NCBI GenBank assembly: GCA_013239625.1
Contig: MU053379.1
Coordinates: 3,516,866-3,580,865, forward strand
From: Lama guanicoe
Taxonomy: Eukaryota
Direction: 5' to 3'
Length of the DNA: 64,000 nt
Positions 49,563-62,849 of the stretch are shown one piece after another. The translations under genes were made by a program, and so were the position numbers. The notes under the pieces are model-generated. The model did not search any database. It saw only the letters and a program-made list of their open reading frames with translations, and was not told where the DNA came from. How positions within the stretch are numbered: the first letter of the stretch is position 1; each line of letters starts with the position of its first letter.

Positions 49563-52500
49563 GTGGGGCTTAATGTACCTAACAAGAGATGGGTCTTTTG
49601 CCTGAAAACGAGGCTGAGCTGACCAGATGGTGAGTGGGGCGAAGTCACTTTCCTACCATTGTGTGCAGGGTTTCGAACTCTTTGTCATCACTCTGTCCTT
49701 AGGCAGCAAAGTCAATGGGGATGGCTCCTTGCATATGGCAGGAGGCAGAAGCCATTTCCGCCTTAATTCGTCACCACTTGCTCAAAACCTATTCATCTAG
49801 ACTTTTGTCTTTAACACACGTGTTCTGCTTGGGCAATACCATACGTCTTTTCCCCCACTGGTCTCTCTGGCGTGGTCACGATGGGCACGGATGTAAGGGG
49901 CGGGGTATTCCTTCATTTGGGTCTCTCTTTTATTCTTTTAATTCTCAACTGCTGCTCTTCCTGAACGAGGACTGTGTTACAAAAGAATGGAATTTTCCAG
50001 ACAGTGTTTAGTACATAAGAGTTTTAAGAGGCTTCATGTTTGCAAGAGACAAATTAAGCATCCTCCTCTAACATGCAGACAACATCTGTCACACAAAGTC
50101 ACCATTAATGGTAACACCGGGGTCTCCTTTGTGGCTGGTTTTCATCCAGCTGCACCTACCCATAAAAGGCGCCGGCAAAGAGGGCTACGCCTTTCTCTCC
50201 CAGCTCAGAACGACTTTGGAAAGCAGCACATAAACCCAGAGCGAGTCTTTGTTAACCTCTGAAGTCCAGGCCTCCGTAAATCACTGCAAAGTCTCGCTTA
50301 CGAACTCCTCACAGCCAGCTCAGCACCTCCATTTGGTGTTTTCTAAGATGCTCCCAACTTGGAACTGGCACCACAGAGGAAAACCACACACCCAGAAATG
50401 CAGCACGGGGACCCACCTGTAAAGGGACCGACGTGCCCCCTTGCCCGTCAGTTACAAGTCCTCCCTCCAGAGCTTCATGCAGACAGGGCTCCTGTTTGTG
50501 CCTAAACAATCAAAACCCTGCAAACCCTTGATGGGGCTACTTAGCCATGGCTCAGGGTCTGACTTGACTAATTGTCCTGATTTACTTTGCTACTTTTAAT
50601 CAAGATTCTTAAAGGAAAGCCACCCAGGAGACGAGTGGGAGGGGCCCACTTTCTTCACAGGAATGAGCGGTATAAAATCTCTCTCCCCTACAGTTCGGTC
50701 GTGGCTTGTGTTCCGGCATGTTTTCTTCTCTGGGTTTCCCTGTGGACGTGTATCTTCTACTGGAACGTCTCAGATGACTCACTGAACGCCTGCTGAGTGC
50801 CCGCGGTTTCAGGCTGGCTGCTGGATGCCCAGATGCCCCGGGGGACGGGATGGAGTCTCTGCCCCCTGGTAATCTTAGCCCCAGAGGGAGAGAGAAATAA
50901 CAAATGGCGACAATTACAAATAAGGCGAGAGGGGTTGAGCGGTGGCACGTTAAATGAGGTGTTCAGAGAAGGCCTCTGTTTGTACAGAATTTTAAACGAA
51001 GCAAGGGAGGGCGCAGAGTGAATGTGCAGGAAACAGACAGCCCAGGCCAAGGGAGCAGGCCGCATGCTCGGCAGGTCCCGGCAGCGGTGTGGAAGGCCGC
51101 GTGGCCGGGTGCAAGGGGCAAGGGAGAGGGAAGCAGGCTGTGAGGTGGGCAGGGCCAGTTCTCGGAGGGCCTGGGAGGCCAGGGGAAGGGGGGGACTTTA
51201 CAGCACGTGCAGGGGCGCCTCAGGGGGTCTCAGAGCAAACCCAGCCAAATGCGTAAGTTTCACACCAGCTGGAAGGTCTTGAAACCTCAAGAAACCATAA
51301 TGTAACTCAGTTTCCTCACCTGCCACAACGGGAAGGCTGCCCTTAAAACTTAGGGATTTTACCCAGAGCTGACGGTTTCCAGGGGCTCACAGACGCTTGT
51401 CACACGCTGTGTGCTCATGCACGTGTGAAGTGGACTCCGGACGTCGGGAAGGCTGAGAACCGCTGGTCTGACGACCCCAAGTTAACAGAGTTCCAGCTGT
51501 ACTGTAACTTGACCCCCGGCCCTAAATATCGCTGGCCGTCTTCGACTTTTTTTTTAATGTGGGACCTAGTTTTTCATCGACTCATTTCCTTTCGCCATTG
51601 TTGATCAGGGGTCCATTTCCCAGTCTCTGTTCCATCTGGCAGATTGCATCCCATGCTGTGTCCCTTTCTGGACCTGTGTTCCTCGCCGTGCAGCCCCGCG
51701 GGGCAGCCTGGGCTTCCGTCCACCTTGCCTCTGCTCGGACGACTTGCTCTGGCCGACGGGATGTCAGCAGAGGTGGCACACGCCCAGTCCTGGACAGCGG
51801 TCTTGAACTCTTGCTCTTTTGCTTCCGCCAGCATCACGAGAAGGATCTGCCTGTCCCTGGGGGACACGGAAAGTCTTGCGGGACAGCTGAGTCTGCCAGC
51901 CACATGCAGGCTCAGCTGATGGGTGCCCGGACACGCGGACGTGCAGCTAAATGAGTGCTCGCTGTGTGTGCGGCTGAGCCCTTTCCAAGCACGTTTCTTA
52001 TGCGTCGGGTTCCCTGATGCGCTGTATGGCTGACATACGTGTCTTCTTTCTAAAAACATCAAATTGGAGGTCCCGGAAATTATGTTCATTTATACCCATT
52101 TGGGCTCTAATTCAAAACTGAACCCCTAGCTTCAAATTTCCTAACTGTGTTGATCAGCCTGGTTGTTTACACCTCCTTGCTGGCGCCGTCTCTGGCTTTG
52201 CCTTCAGAAACCGGCGCAGCTGCTCCCAGAAGCCAAGTCCTAGAGGGTTCCACCAGTGGCAGAAGGGTGAAGTTTGCAGCCCTAATCTCATAATTCTGTG
52301 ACAGCCTGACAGTGGTACAGGCCGCAGCGTCCCAGCCTGATCCAGGCTGCTGATGCAGGCTGCGAATCCTCGGCCAGAGGCGGGGCGCGCGCTGTGGAAC
52401 CTTGCTGAACGTCTGTGATGAATGTAAACCGCGGCCTACCGGCTGAACCTTGGGAGATGCTCAATTGCCCGGGGAAGGCTTAACCTTCAGCCCTGCCGGT

Positions 52501-52999
52501 GGCCGGGGGATTACTTGTCTTCGGTGAACTCAGCTGAGAGTTGAAAGTAAATTTGCTTAAATGGTAGAGTTTAGAACAGGCGTCACAGAAGAATCACAAG
52601 TAACTGCTGGTGAGAAGTAAACTGCAGGGAACCTCTGCCTGTGCTTCATCTAACCGGGGCCCGCCCGCCTCCTAGGAAAGGGGAGCATCAGCACCTCTTG
52701 ATTTATTTTAGGCTTTTATTAAACTGCAGTATGAGGTACCAGGGGACGGTGGGCTCCCTCAGAAGTAACAGGCATCACCCAAGCAACGTGTCCGTCAGCC
52801 CAAGGTCACATTTCCCTGCAGGAGAAAGTGGGGAGACAGGAGGATTTTTTTCGATACTGAGCTTCAGTGTTATCAATACTGTTATCAGCGTGATGGTCCA
52901 GCTGTAACTCTGCAGACTCAGCTTAAGTGCAAAACCATTATGAGCAGCTTTTCCAAATGTGGGCTGCCAGAAAGAGTTTTAAAAATATAACTAACTAGA

Positions 53000-53100
53000 G
53001 GGGAGGGTGCAGCTCAGTGGGAGAGTGTGTGCTAGCAGGCACGAGGTCCTGGGTTCAATCCCCAGTCCCTCCATTAAAAAAAAATATATATATATATATA
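53000..53100 (+). mobile_element. tRNA-Ala-derived SINE (camelid Vic-1-like)
   Basis: ggggagggtgcagctcagtgggagag (A box)...aggtcctgggttcaatccccagtccctcca (B box) followed by an A/(TA)n tail. Confidence 0.8.
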
Positions 53101-53224
53101 AAACTCTATTAACAGATAAGAATATGTGTTGAGGAAATTACTGTAAACTGTTCATCCACATTGGCTTCTGCAGAAGACGTTTGTTTGCCTACCATGAGCC
53201 TCTTCCCTGCCCTTTTTCTAAAAG

Positions 53225-53530
53225 ACGCTCAGTTTTACTGAGGACAAACGTGATCCATGGAAGGGCTGCATTTCCCAGCTTCTCAGGTGGGTGTGGCCAT
53301 GTGATGAGGTTTGGGCTGATGAGTTGGAAGTGGAGGTGCTGTGTATGGTCCCTTTAAGAGCAGAGGCACATGCTTCTTTGTCCCTTACCCTGCCAGCTGG
53401 CTCAGAACTTGGACGTGAGGGTGGGCCTGCGACTGCCCTCTTGGGTCCTGAGGACAGGATCATGCAGGGACAGGAGGACAGAGAGCCCCAGAAGCCTGGG
53501 CTCCACGTGACTTGGCTCCCCCACCCCCGT
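53225..53530. mobile_element. LTR33-like ERVL LTR fragment
   Basis: catttcccagc...gtgtggccatgtgatgaggtttgggctgatgagttggaagtggaggtg motif. Confidence 0.55.
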
Positions 53531-54284
53531 CTCCTCCTCTAACGGCCTCTCTAATCTCCCCCTCCCCACCTCCCCGACCACACCTGCCTCCTTCTTGGAA
53601 GGTGGAGAGGAGTCCCAGACTTCAGTTCCTCCTTCTTTCTTCAAACTCCCATGGCTCCTCCTTCAGCAGGTCTCAGTGGGCTTTTCCCTGCCCCGGGCTC
53701 TGCTGAGCCGGGAGTGAGGCCCCCAGGCTGCGGTCCCTCCTGCCCCAGCTCCCTGGCAGCGATGCTCCAGCTGCTCCTCTCGCATTTACCCCCAGGAAAA
53801 CAGCCAGCCACACCCAGCTGCGGCCAGGGCTGCTGGTCTCCGTCCAAAGAACGCAGGGTCCCGTAAGGAAGGCACATTCGCTCCGGTGGCACTGCGTAAC
53901 CCTCCTCTTGTCCGTAATGATCCAGGATAATTGTATTAAAAGGCCTTTTGCCACTTTGAGGCTCATTTTCATCAAAAGAACTGGGACTAGTTGTGTCTCA
54001 GGCAAGCCTGTACTGAGGTGTGAACATGCCCCTGTGCGTCAGGCCTCAGCGTGGCCCGGAGGACTTGTCTGCTCCCAGTGGGCGTGCACGCAGCTCGTGC
54101 GACACAGTTGTAACAGCCAAACTGGACTTCTGAGGGATAAATGGCATTGCTGGAGGTTTTCTAAGCGTCCTCCCCGACACTTCACAGGATAAAAGATAAC
54201 ATTCGCCTTGTTTTTATTACGTGATGAGCCACTTCTGTGGCTTGCAGAGCAGGAAGGTTCAAGTACCACCTCTGACTCCTGATG

Positions 54285-54430
54285 GCGTGGATTTGAACCC
54301 AGGTCTGCCATTTACTGTGCAGACTGGTGTGTAACTGAAACGGCCCCAGGAGGTGGTTTTCCCGTCTGTAAAGTGGGAGCACGAAGGAGCACCTCCCACG
54401 TTGCGACGGTGCAAGGATTAAACAAGTTGC
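54285..54430. mobile_element. MIR remnant(s)
   Basis: ggatttgaacccaggtctgcc...gttttcccgtctgtaaagtggg...acctcccacgttgc...aggattaaa. Confidence 0.55.
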
Positions 54431-55104
54431 TCCCTAGAGTGAATACGAAACACATGTGATGTGTGATTACTAAAATTCATTTTCTTTCAAAGAGCAGTTG
54501 TCATCTCAGATTGACTTGTGACCTCACCACACTTCACCCCAAAGACTGTAGAAGACACAGCCCCTCCCCAGTGCTGGAGTTCAGATCAGCACCCCTGTCA
54601 CTCCCCTTCTTCAGTGTCAAGAACTCACCTGGCCGGGAAGGACCACTCTGACAGCAAGAGGGTACGTCAAAACCAAGACTTCGGATTTCAACGGAGCAAA
54701 TCATGTTTTGAAGAGCCCTTTTCTCAATCCCCTTTGTTTCCAAATATCTGCTCATGAGGATCAAAATCACCTTTAGTTTACCTGTGGTTCTGAGTAGCTC
54801 AAAACACATCTTTTCTCATAAAGCTTTTTGTATTTCCGCGTGGAAGCTGGCCTATCCCCATCTCCTGGGCAAACAACCCTCGGCCCTTGGCCGCGTTTCT
54901 TGTGGGAAAGCAGTCAGTGACCAAGGTCCTCTCCTCGGACGGGAGTCTGCACAGCCATCCTGGAAACAGGGCGGAGCAGAGGTCGGTGGCCACCTCTGGC
55001 ACCATCTTAGTTGTTTTGAGGACAAACTGCTATATCCTTTAAAAGAAGTTTTCAGCTAGTAAACACAAAAAAAATACTCAAAAATGGAGATACAAATAGC
55101 CCTT

Positions 55105-55650
55105 TTATTGTATTTTTATTGAAGTACAGTCAGTTTACAGTTGTGTTCGTTTCTGGTGCCAGTCACACACACACACATATAGATATGTTCTTTTTCATGT
55201 TCTTTTTGCTATAGGCTATTACAAGATATTGAATCTAGTTCCCTATGCTGTACAGTGGGGCCTTGTTTATCTGCTTTATAGATAGCAGTTAGTACCTGCT
55301 AATACCCAAATCCTGATTTCTGTCTCTGCTCCTTTCCCCTTTAGTAGCCATAAGTTTTTTCTCTATGTCTGTGAGTCTATTTCTGTTTTATAAGTAAGCT
55401 CATTTGTGTTTTTTTTTTTAGATTCCACATATAAGTGATATCATATGATATTTGTCTTTCTCTGTCTGGCTTACTTCACTTAGTATGACAGTCTCTAGGT
55501 CCATCCATGTTGCTGCAAATGGCATTATTTCATTCTTTTTTATGGCTAAGTAGTATTCCATTGTATATAAATGTACCACAACTTCTTTATCCAGTCATCT
55601 GTTGATGAACATTTAGGTTGCTTCCATGTTGTGGCTGTTTAAATAGTGAC
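55105..55650 (-). mobile_element. LINE-1 3'UTR
   Basis: ttttattgaagtacagtcagtttaca...gattccacatataagtgatatc...ggcattatttcattcttttttatggctaagtagtattccattgt. Confidence 0.9.
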
Positions 55651-56029
55651 AAACAGCATATTTTAAATTTACCTCATTTAAAAAGCTGGGCCTGCTTCCC
55701 CAAAGCACATGAAAATTGAGGTGGCGAGGTGAGCATCCTGGTGCTGGCTGTGCGCCCTTCCCTCTGCCCTTCTCACCATTTGGAATGTCAGTCTTGCAGC
55801 CTTTCATCTTTGGGGTTACCTTTAACACTTGATTTATCAAGACCAAACTTCCACCACGAGAAATCACAGGCGAGGTCGGAGGAGGGGAACAGACAGCCAG
55901 AGCTGAACTTGGAGACAGTTTCTGAGATCATTGGAAGAAATCTTCCAGTGCATGAATTCTGTTCTGAAATACCTACATGTCTACTTGAAAGTGTCCTTGT
56001 GAACGAGGGAAATACAAAGTCACTGCTAG

Positions 56030-56620
56030 GTTGTCACTATAGTAAATATTGCCAAAGGCACGCTCTCTTGCTGGATGCCAAAATCAGAGGGCAGAAATGT
56101 GAGGAGAAACAGGATGTCCGCATAGTCTAAACACCTGCCCCCCAAGACTAATTACAAAGGGGAAAGTGGTGACCTTGTGGTGGAGACACCAGGCAGACAC
56201 CAATTTATCCGAATGATCACCAGCGATGAGACACCTCAACTTCCTGTCCCCCTGACACCAGGAACGGAGGGGACCCAGCATGGCTCTACAGTCTGCTTCC
56301 CAAAAGGCACAATTTCAATCTCATGAGAAAACACCAGACAAGCCCAGACGGAAAGACACGTACAAGGTGACTGACTGTTTCTAAAAGTTTCAAAGTCATG
56401 GAAGACAAAGCTTGAGAGCCTGCCCAGGCTGGGGGCGTGACCCCGCCATGGAAAGTGGGGTCCAGGAAAGGGCGCCAGTGGGAAAAGTGGTCAAATCCAA
56501 ATGAGGCCTGCGGCTGTGGGTTGGGCCCCAGTGTTCGTTTCTTGGTTGTGCTGGACACAGACGCCACATTTGACCACGTCTCTTTTTGATTCTGCAGCTA
56601 AACTGTTTACTCACTCAGAA
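56030..56620 (+). mobile_element. L1MC-type 3'UTR fragment
   Basis: ggatgccaaaatcagagggcagaaa...aattacaaaggggaaa...ggagacaccaggcagacacca...aatctcatgagaaaacaccagacaa. Confidence 0.65.
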
Positions 56621-57340
56621 AGGGCACATATTTTGAAGCTTATTAAAAGCTTGAATTTGGAACAAAATGGCACGGCATACTGCCTCACTTTTACTAAGCG
56701 GGGTTGACCCGCCACACCCGGAGAAGCAGCCTTCACTGAGGTTGCCAGCAGAAAGCTCTAAGTGTTGGTGTCTGACGTAAGGTGTGTTTTTAGTACCTGG
56801 CATGAGCACCAACAGCCTCCTTGCAGCCATTACTGAACACGCATTAAAATATTCATGTGAATTCTATTTGAATAACTTGCATGCCTTGTAAAATCTGAAG
56901 AACCTTCTAAATGGATGTGGTGTTAGAATGTTTAAAGAAATAAATTTGCTTTAAAGACCAGCTTTATCAGAATCCATGAAGGTTACACTGCGGCATAAAT
57001 GTGCATACTATTAATGCTAGGGGGGAAAAAGGAGAAAAACAGCCTCAGGATGGGCAACGCCCTGTCCGACGTGACATTTCCAGCATATTAGTCGGGACCC
57101 TTACAGAATCACCCGTTAGCACGGCCTCCGCCCACTTTTAAGCCATGTAGTTGGACATCAGACCGTGACCTTCCAGTGCAGTCATGACAAGCAAGGATTC
57201 GGATGAGAAAGGATTGCCTTGTTTTTTCTGCACCCTTTGCATTTGAACGCTTTGGTTTACGGATGCAAGATGAGTTTTTATCCCATTTCCGCACTGGATT
57301 AATGTACCCAGCTGCGACCATTGACCATTCGCCATCCCCC

Positions 57341-57357
57341 TAGCGCCCCCCGCACAT
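57341..57357 (-). promoter_or_regulatory. Candidate CTCF site in a small CpG cluster
   Basis: Minus strand ATGTGCGGGGGGCGCTA; the 3' core GGGGGCGCTA matches the consensus, the 5' half does not. Confidence 0.4.
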
Positions 57358-57494
57358 GCAGCCGCGCGGCCCGTCTCCGCGAGTCTCACTCCAACTGGCG
57401 GGGCGGGGCGGGGGCACTCATCATTGCCTTGTCTAATGGCACAGGTTCGGGGTGGGAAACTTTAAAAGGGTGTTTGTATCAAGAGTACTGTTTC

Positions 57495-57629
57495 GGGGGG
57501 AGAGGGCCATGCTTGGCATGCATGAGGTCAGGGGTTCCATCCCCGGTACCTCCATTAAATAAAATAATAATAATAATAAATAGCCCTAATTACCCACCCC
57601 ACCAAAAAAATCCAAAAATTAATTTTTAA
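57495..57629 (+). mobile_element. tRNA-Ala-derived SINE (Vic-1-like) lacking its A box, with TSD
   Basis: catgcttggcatgcatgaggtcaggggttccatccccggtacctcca plus tail; flanked by aagagtactgtttc (57481-57494) and aaaagtgctgtttc (57630-57643). Confidence 0.8.
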
Positions 57630-58574
57630 AAAAGTGCTGTTTCAATGAGCCTTGCTATTTCCTCCTGTTGCTGATACGGGTCTAATTTCATGACCTAGCA
57701 CTGTGTCCACAGAGGGAGTGAAATGGGGTGGGGGAGTCAGGAAGGGTCAACAAGGGAGCAGACCCTGCATTGGTCTCTGCACCCCTGGCCCGGCCCACAT
57801 GCCCACCCTGCCTAGGGCAGGGTCGTCCCCACTGTCCCCACTGTCTCCCCAGGATGCATGACTTCCCTGGCACCGCAGATGGTCCTCTGCCCTCCAGGGT
57901 CACACCTTCTGGGGAAGAAGGAAGTCCCAGCTGGTCTCCTCGTCCCAGTTCCCCTGAGTGGGGAGGGGGCGACTGGCAGGAGAGGGGACAGCAGCTAAGC
58001 CAAGGGACTCGGTCCCTCTGCTGAAATGAAGCCTCTTAGCCTGCACTTTCTCGTCTCCAAGGGGCAGGGTTCTAGTTCAGTCTCATTTCCTTTACAACCT
58101 AAGTTCATTCTTCTGAGAAGGGGTCCCCAGGTTCTCAGCCTGTCTGGGAGTCTTTGGTACCCGTGAGGTTAGGGACCTGTGGGCGGGGCCCCATTCCTCC
58201 CTCCAGCCAAGGAGTGATCAGCACACCGAGCCCTCCCGCACCCCCTCCTAGCTAATCAACCAAGGCTCCTAGTATTAAAGACACAAAGCATACCAAAAAA
58301 GACTAGTTTTTTTGTAACTGAGGGCAGAAAGAATGCGTGTGAAGAATAAACATACGCTGCCACTGCCGCCTCTTCCCAACCCTTGCCACCGGGGCTGTTC
58401 ACCTCAGAGTGGGCGGGAGGTTTCACAAGGGCAGCTGAAGAGCGGCGCGTGGCGGCCAGCGGCAAGGATGTTCACGAGCACTTGATCGGGAGGGAGAAGA
58501 GTTCCAAACAAGCATTGGGGGTGGTCTAGGCCGTCCCTGTCCAGAGCAGGGGCCACTGGCCACATCCGCATGTT

Positions 58575-58735
58575 TTTCAATTAAAATTGAAATTAATAAA
58601 ACTTAGAATTTAAAAATCTGCTCTGCACACACACTAGCTGCATTTCCAGTGCCTGCAGGCACGGTGGCTGGCGGCCACCACACTGGCCAGCACAGACGTG
58701 GGACATTTCCCTCCCGGCAGATTGCAGCCCCTGGA
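58575..58735. mobile_element. MER3/MER33-like hAT remnant
   Basis: cactagctgcatttccagtgcc...gtggctggcggccaccacactggccagcacag...acatttcc. Confidence 0.6.
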
Positions 58736-60201
58736 GCATGGGCCTGAGATCTCATCGGCTCACCCCTCCCTCCAGAGCCTGGCCTGGGCATCTCCCTCCA
58801 GCTCTCCCCTTTTCTGCCCAAACTCCTCCGTCCTGACTCATTCGCTGCGTGTTTGATCCCCGCCTCCTGCACCTCACGAAGTCCTTTGCCAAGACAGGTG
58901 TGTGCAGTGGGTCCCCACTGGGCGTTCAGCTCCACCAGCTTCAGATGACACATTCACTGCCTCCTTGTGACGCCCTGAAATTTCTTTGTAACTGGGGGGA
59001 GACGGGCTCAGAGACAGTGTGTAACTTGCCTGAGGTTGCACGTGGACACAGTCCGTCTCCCTATTTCTGGCACCGGCTGCTTCTCACAGCATGTGCTCTG
59101 TACCAAGTATCACAGCCACCGGTCTCGGTTTTGGGGGGTGGATGAGCACCCCCAGTGCTGTGTGTCCCTCTCACTGAGGGATCGTTGTCGGGGGTGCGTG
59201 GGCACGGCCACCTGGCTCTGTGACCGGACAGATTCCTTCCTTCTTGGGGGCCTCAGCTTCCTCGTTTGGAGAACTCAGGACTGAATTGCTACAAAATAAT
59301 GCTAAAATGTCTTCCACGTTAACAAACAACATTTGTTTGGGGTTACTTTTTACTCAATGGTTTGATTATTTCTCAAATGATTCAAAGACCATTTTGAGAG
59401 TTTCCCTGTCCTTGTGTCTGGGCAGGCGCCGTCCTGATAATGTAATGGGAACGTCTGGAGCTGCCGGCTCAGCCTCGCCGCCCCAGGGAGGTTCTGCACG
59501 GCCGCGGCAGCAGCTTCAGCGCGCAGGTTAGAAGCGCGCACATCGGGCTGTGGGAGTCGGAATCTGCCTTCCACCCAGATCCCTGGGGATTCATTTGTCC
59601 TCAATGGGTACCTCTATTCTGAGCCTGGGGAGATGAGGATTAATGCAGTGTCCACATAAGAAATCCGCCCAGGGGCCACGCAGACACGGGGCTTGTCCCC
59701 GCGCCCAACCCTTCTAGCTCCGCGGGGGTGGGAGTGGGGAGTGGGGAGTGGTGGGCCCTGGACTCCTGCATCTGGCCCACAAACGGGAGCGCATCCAAGG
59801 AGAGCGGTCCCCTCACTTGGGGCTTCTCCGTCCCCTCTCACAGCCCTGTCCCTCCGCCTGATTAACGCTCCACTGCAGCTCTGGCTGGAAGCGGCCCTTC
59901 CACGCGCTCCCGTGGAAACTGATGTTGGGTCCACAGGACACTCTGGAGTGAGGTGGCCTCTGGGCAGTGTGGCTGCGAGTCACCGAGTGGCCCGAGGGGC
60001 CACAGGCCTGCCAGCCCTGGGTCCTCCCGGAGGCCTAGAGGAACACAGCGTCCCTGACTGCTTGGGGAGACAGAGCAGGGTCCCGTCAGCTAGAACCTCA
60101 GGGAACGGCAGCTTCAGCCTCGAAGAGCGGGCCGGGGAGACGGCAGTCTGAGGGGGCAGGGTGGAGTTCAGGGTCGGGCTGTGAGGCTCTGAGTCTCCGC
60201 G

Positions 60202-60542
60202 TGTCACTGCCTGGGCTCCCGTGACAGAGGACCACCGATGGGGCGGGGGGTGGTGCTTAAACAGCTCTGGAGGCTAAAGGTTTGAGATCAGGTGTCAGCA
60301 GGGCTGGTTTCTTCTGAGACCTCTGCCCGGGGCTTGCAGACGGCCACCTTTCCCAGTGTCCTCTTGTGGTCTGTGCCCTAAGTTCTTCTAAGGACAGTGC
60401 TCTTATTGACTTAGGGCCCACCCTGATGCTCTCATTGTAAACAGTACCTCTTTAAGGACCCTGTCTCCAAACAGTCGCTGCTACAGCCCTGGGGGTGGGA
60501 CTGCAACATCTGGACCCGGGGGACTCCGTTCAGTCCGTAACA
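60202..60542 (-). mobile_element. MLT1-type MaLR solo LTR
   Basis: The minus strand begins tgttacggactgaac; internal ctggaggct...tgtcagcagggctggtttcttctgag...ttagggcccaccct...gaccctgtctccaaa. Confidence 0.8.
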
Positions 60543-62849
60543 CGGCATCTCCACCGACTCTTCTGAGGAGTGAGAGTGGCTTTTCTGCACGTGGGTGGCA
60601 CACTCTGTGTCCTGTGCGCCCAGCCACAGAGTCACCACATAGGCTGGATGCCAGCTGCCCATTTGGTGTTTTGGACCCGGAACTGGACCCGCGGGGACAC
60701 TGCACATGGCGCGGGGCCTCCCTGGCACAATCAGATTCCTCCTCTTGGGAGGGAGGGATGTGAGCTGGGCTCAGAGAAGCTGGGAGCTCCTTTCTGATGG
60801 GAAAAGACCAAGACACTGGCCTTGAGTACGGGATGGGGGTACGAGGGCCATCGTTCTGGGTCGGCTGGGCCCGGAGGAGCCAGCGTGACAGGGCGGCTGC
60901 TGGTCAGTCTCCGTGTCCTTTGTTACACAGCCTGGCCCACTGTTCCCCTGCCACCCCAAACTCTGTACATTCCCAAGGAACACAGTGGGGAAGAGGCTAC
61001 TGGGATGGGCCATTAGGTCATGGGTGACCTCTGCGAGGTTGGCCCAGGATGAGCAGTGTGAGATCTCAGTTTGGGCTCCCCCAGGGGCAGACCCTGAGAC
61101 ACGTGTAAGATGTTGATAAGGAGAGGGTCCCTGGAAGGACCCCCAGGAAGTGGGCATGTGGGACGGAAGGGAAAGAAGCCAGCTGGGATGTGCCAATGAG
61201 CAGACCACCACGGAGGGCAGGGGACGCGGGGATCCTGGAGATGGCGGGGCTCACGTGTCCCTGCTTCTCCACTCTTTCTCCATCAGCCTCCACCCGAAAC
61301 TGGTGGGAAGCCGTTATCTTCCAGCACCGGTGGCCGGGCCCTGGCACCTCCTCCTCCTCCCGACAGGCACCTGCACGTGTGGGCACAGGGAGGGCCCGGG
61401 ACCCTGGGCTGCAGGCCGCCGGCTCACCCCTCCACCAGAGCCACAGCAGCAGGACCACAGGCCATGTCGACTCATGCTTGGGGGAGCTGGCTGTGTGAAC
61501 CGGGGAGGACTGGCCATTTCTGAAAGAGGCCTTCATGGCCAGACCATCAGGTGTCTCTCTGCCTTAGACATGGCGTCGGATCCCTTCGGCTTGACCTCGC
61601 ACACCTGACCCCCGCCTCCCGTGACATTGGCCTATCCTGAGGCCACTCCTTTACGCTGTCCCAACAGAGTTATAGACACACAGAGAGGTCTGGAAGCAAA
61701 CACATAAGTTTTAATAGTTCCTATAAGTCTCTCAGGGTAAGTGAACCAACGCCGTACCCAACAGAGCAGGTTAATTAATTTTGTTTCCCCCACATCGGGT
61801 AAAAGATGAGTAGCCACTGAAAGATCAATGGACAATAGAAAATCTATTTTTCTTGTACCCTTCATCATTCTGGGGGGAGGGGAGAGGGGGTTTGGTTGTG
61901 TCCCCAAAACCAAGGCCCAGAGGTGAGAAGATTCAGATGTACCCTCGGGTGGACGCCCCCGTCCCCCTCAGTTATGGGGAACACCTGCTGGTCCAGGATG
62001 GCCACACGGTACCCAGTGGAGGGAGCTGGCGTGTGGGCTTCTCCCAAGGAGCCCCGGGGCTGGCACCACCCTGACCCGACCCAGCAGCCGGGCTGGGACC
62101 TATGTGCTCACTGCAAAGGGGACAGGCAGAATGCTGCTCTGCAGAGAAGCCCGCCACCCAGCTGCCTCCTGCAGAACAGAAGGGGGCTTTGTGCGCCCCC
62201 AGACCTGCCCTGCTCTCCTGAAACAGGACAGGACGCCCCTGAAATCCTCCTCCACTCTCTGGACCTCGTCTTTGCAAGAACACTGCCTTGTTCAGACACA
62301 CAGGTGCTTCAATTCTCTGAGACTCAGTTTCCTCACCCGCAGGAGGACGGATGGGGTGATGGTCAGATGACGGAGGAAAAGCCCCTGGAGGGTGCTGGCC
62401 ACAGCAGACACTCAGTAAACGGGGGTGGTGGGTCATGGCCTCCAGGTATGGGGCAGGGGGCAGAGAACTGGGGCTGTCTTTGTACTATTTTATGAAGAAA
62501 GGCCAAGACACCACAGGTGAATCAGGCAGCCAGGGAAAGGGTGGGCCTTTTTTCATTCTAAGTCTGTCAGTTGATGCACAAGAAGATTCTGGCTGGAGGG
62601 AGCATTTGGGGCGATGGAAACGTTCTCTGCCTTGATTCTGGCGGTGGCAGTTACCCGGGAGGCCGAGAAAGTGAGGGAAGAAGACTCGGGCGGGTCGGGA
62701 GCCTTCAGCCTCTTCCACCACCAGCCAGGCGCCAAGGTCAAAGAGTTTTCATTTTTCTGGAATTAAGATTAAGCAACCTGTATTGCCTTCAAAGTGGGTG
62801 GACACACACTCGCTGGCCCCGGTGCAACAAGGAAACCTCGTGGAGAGGG

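Noticed and set aside
53000..53073. Functional tRNA-Ala gene
   Set aside because: Degenerate stems and an A-rich/(TA)n tail indicate a SINE.
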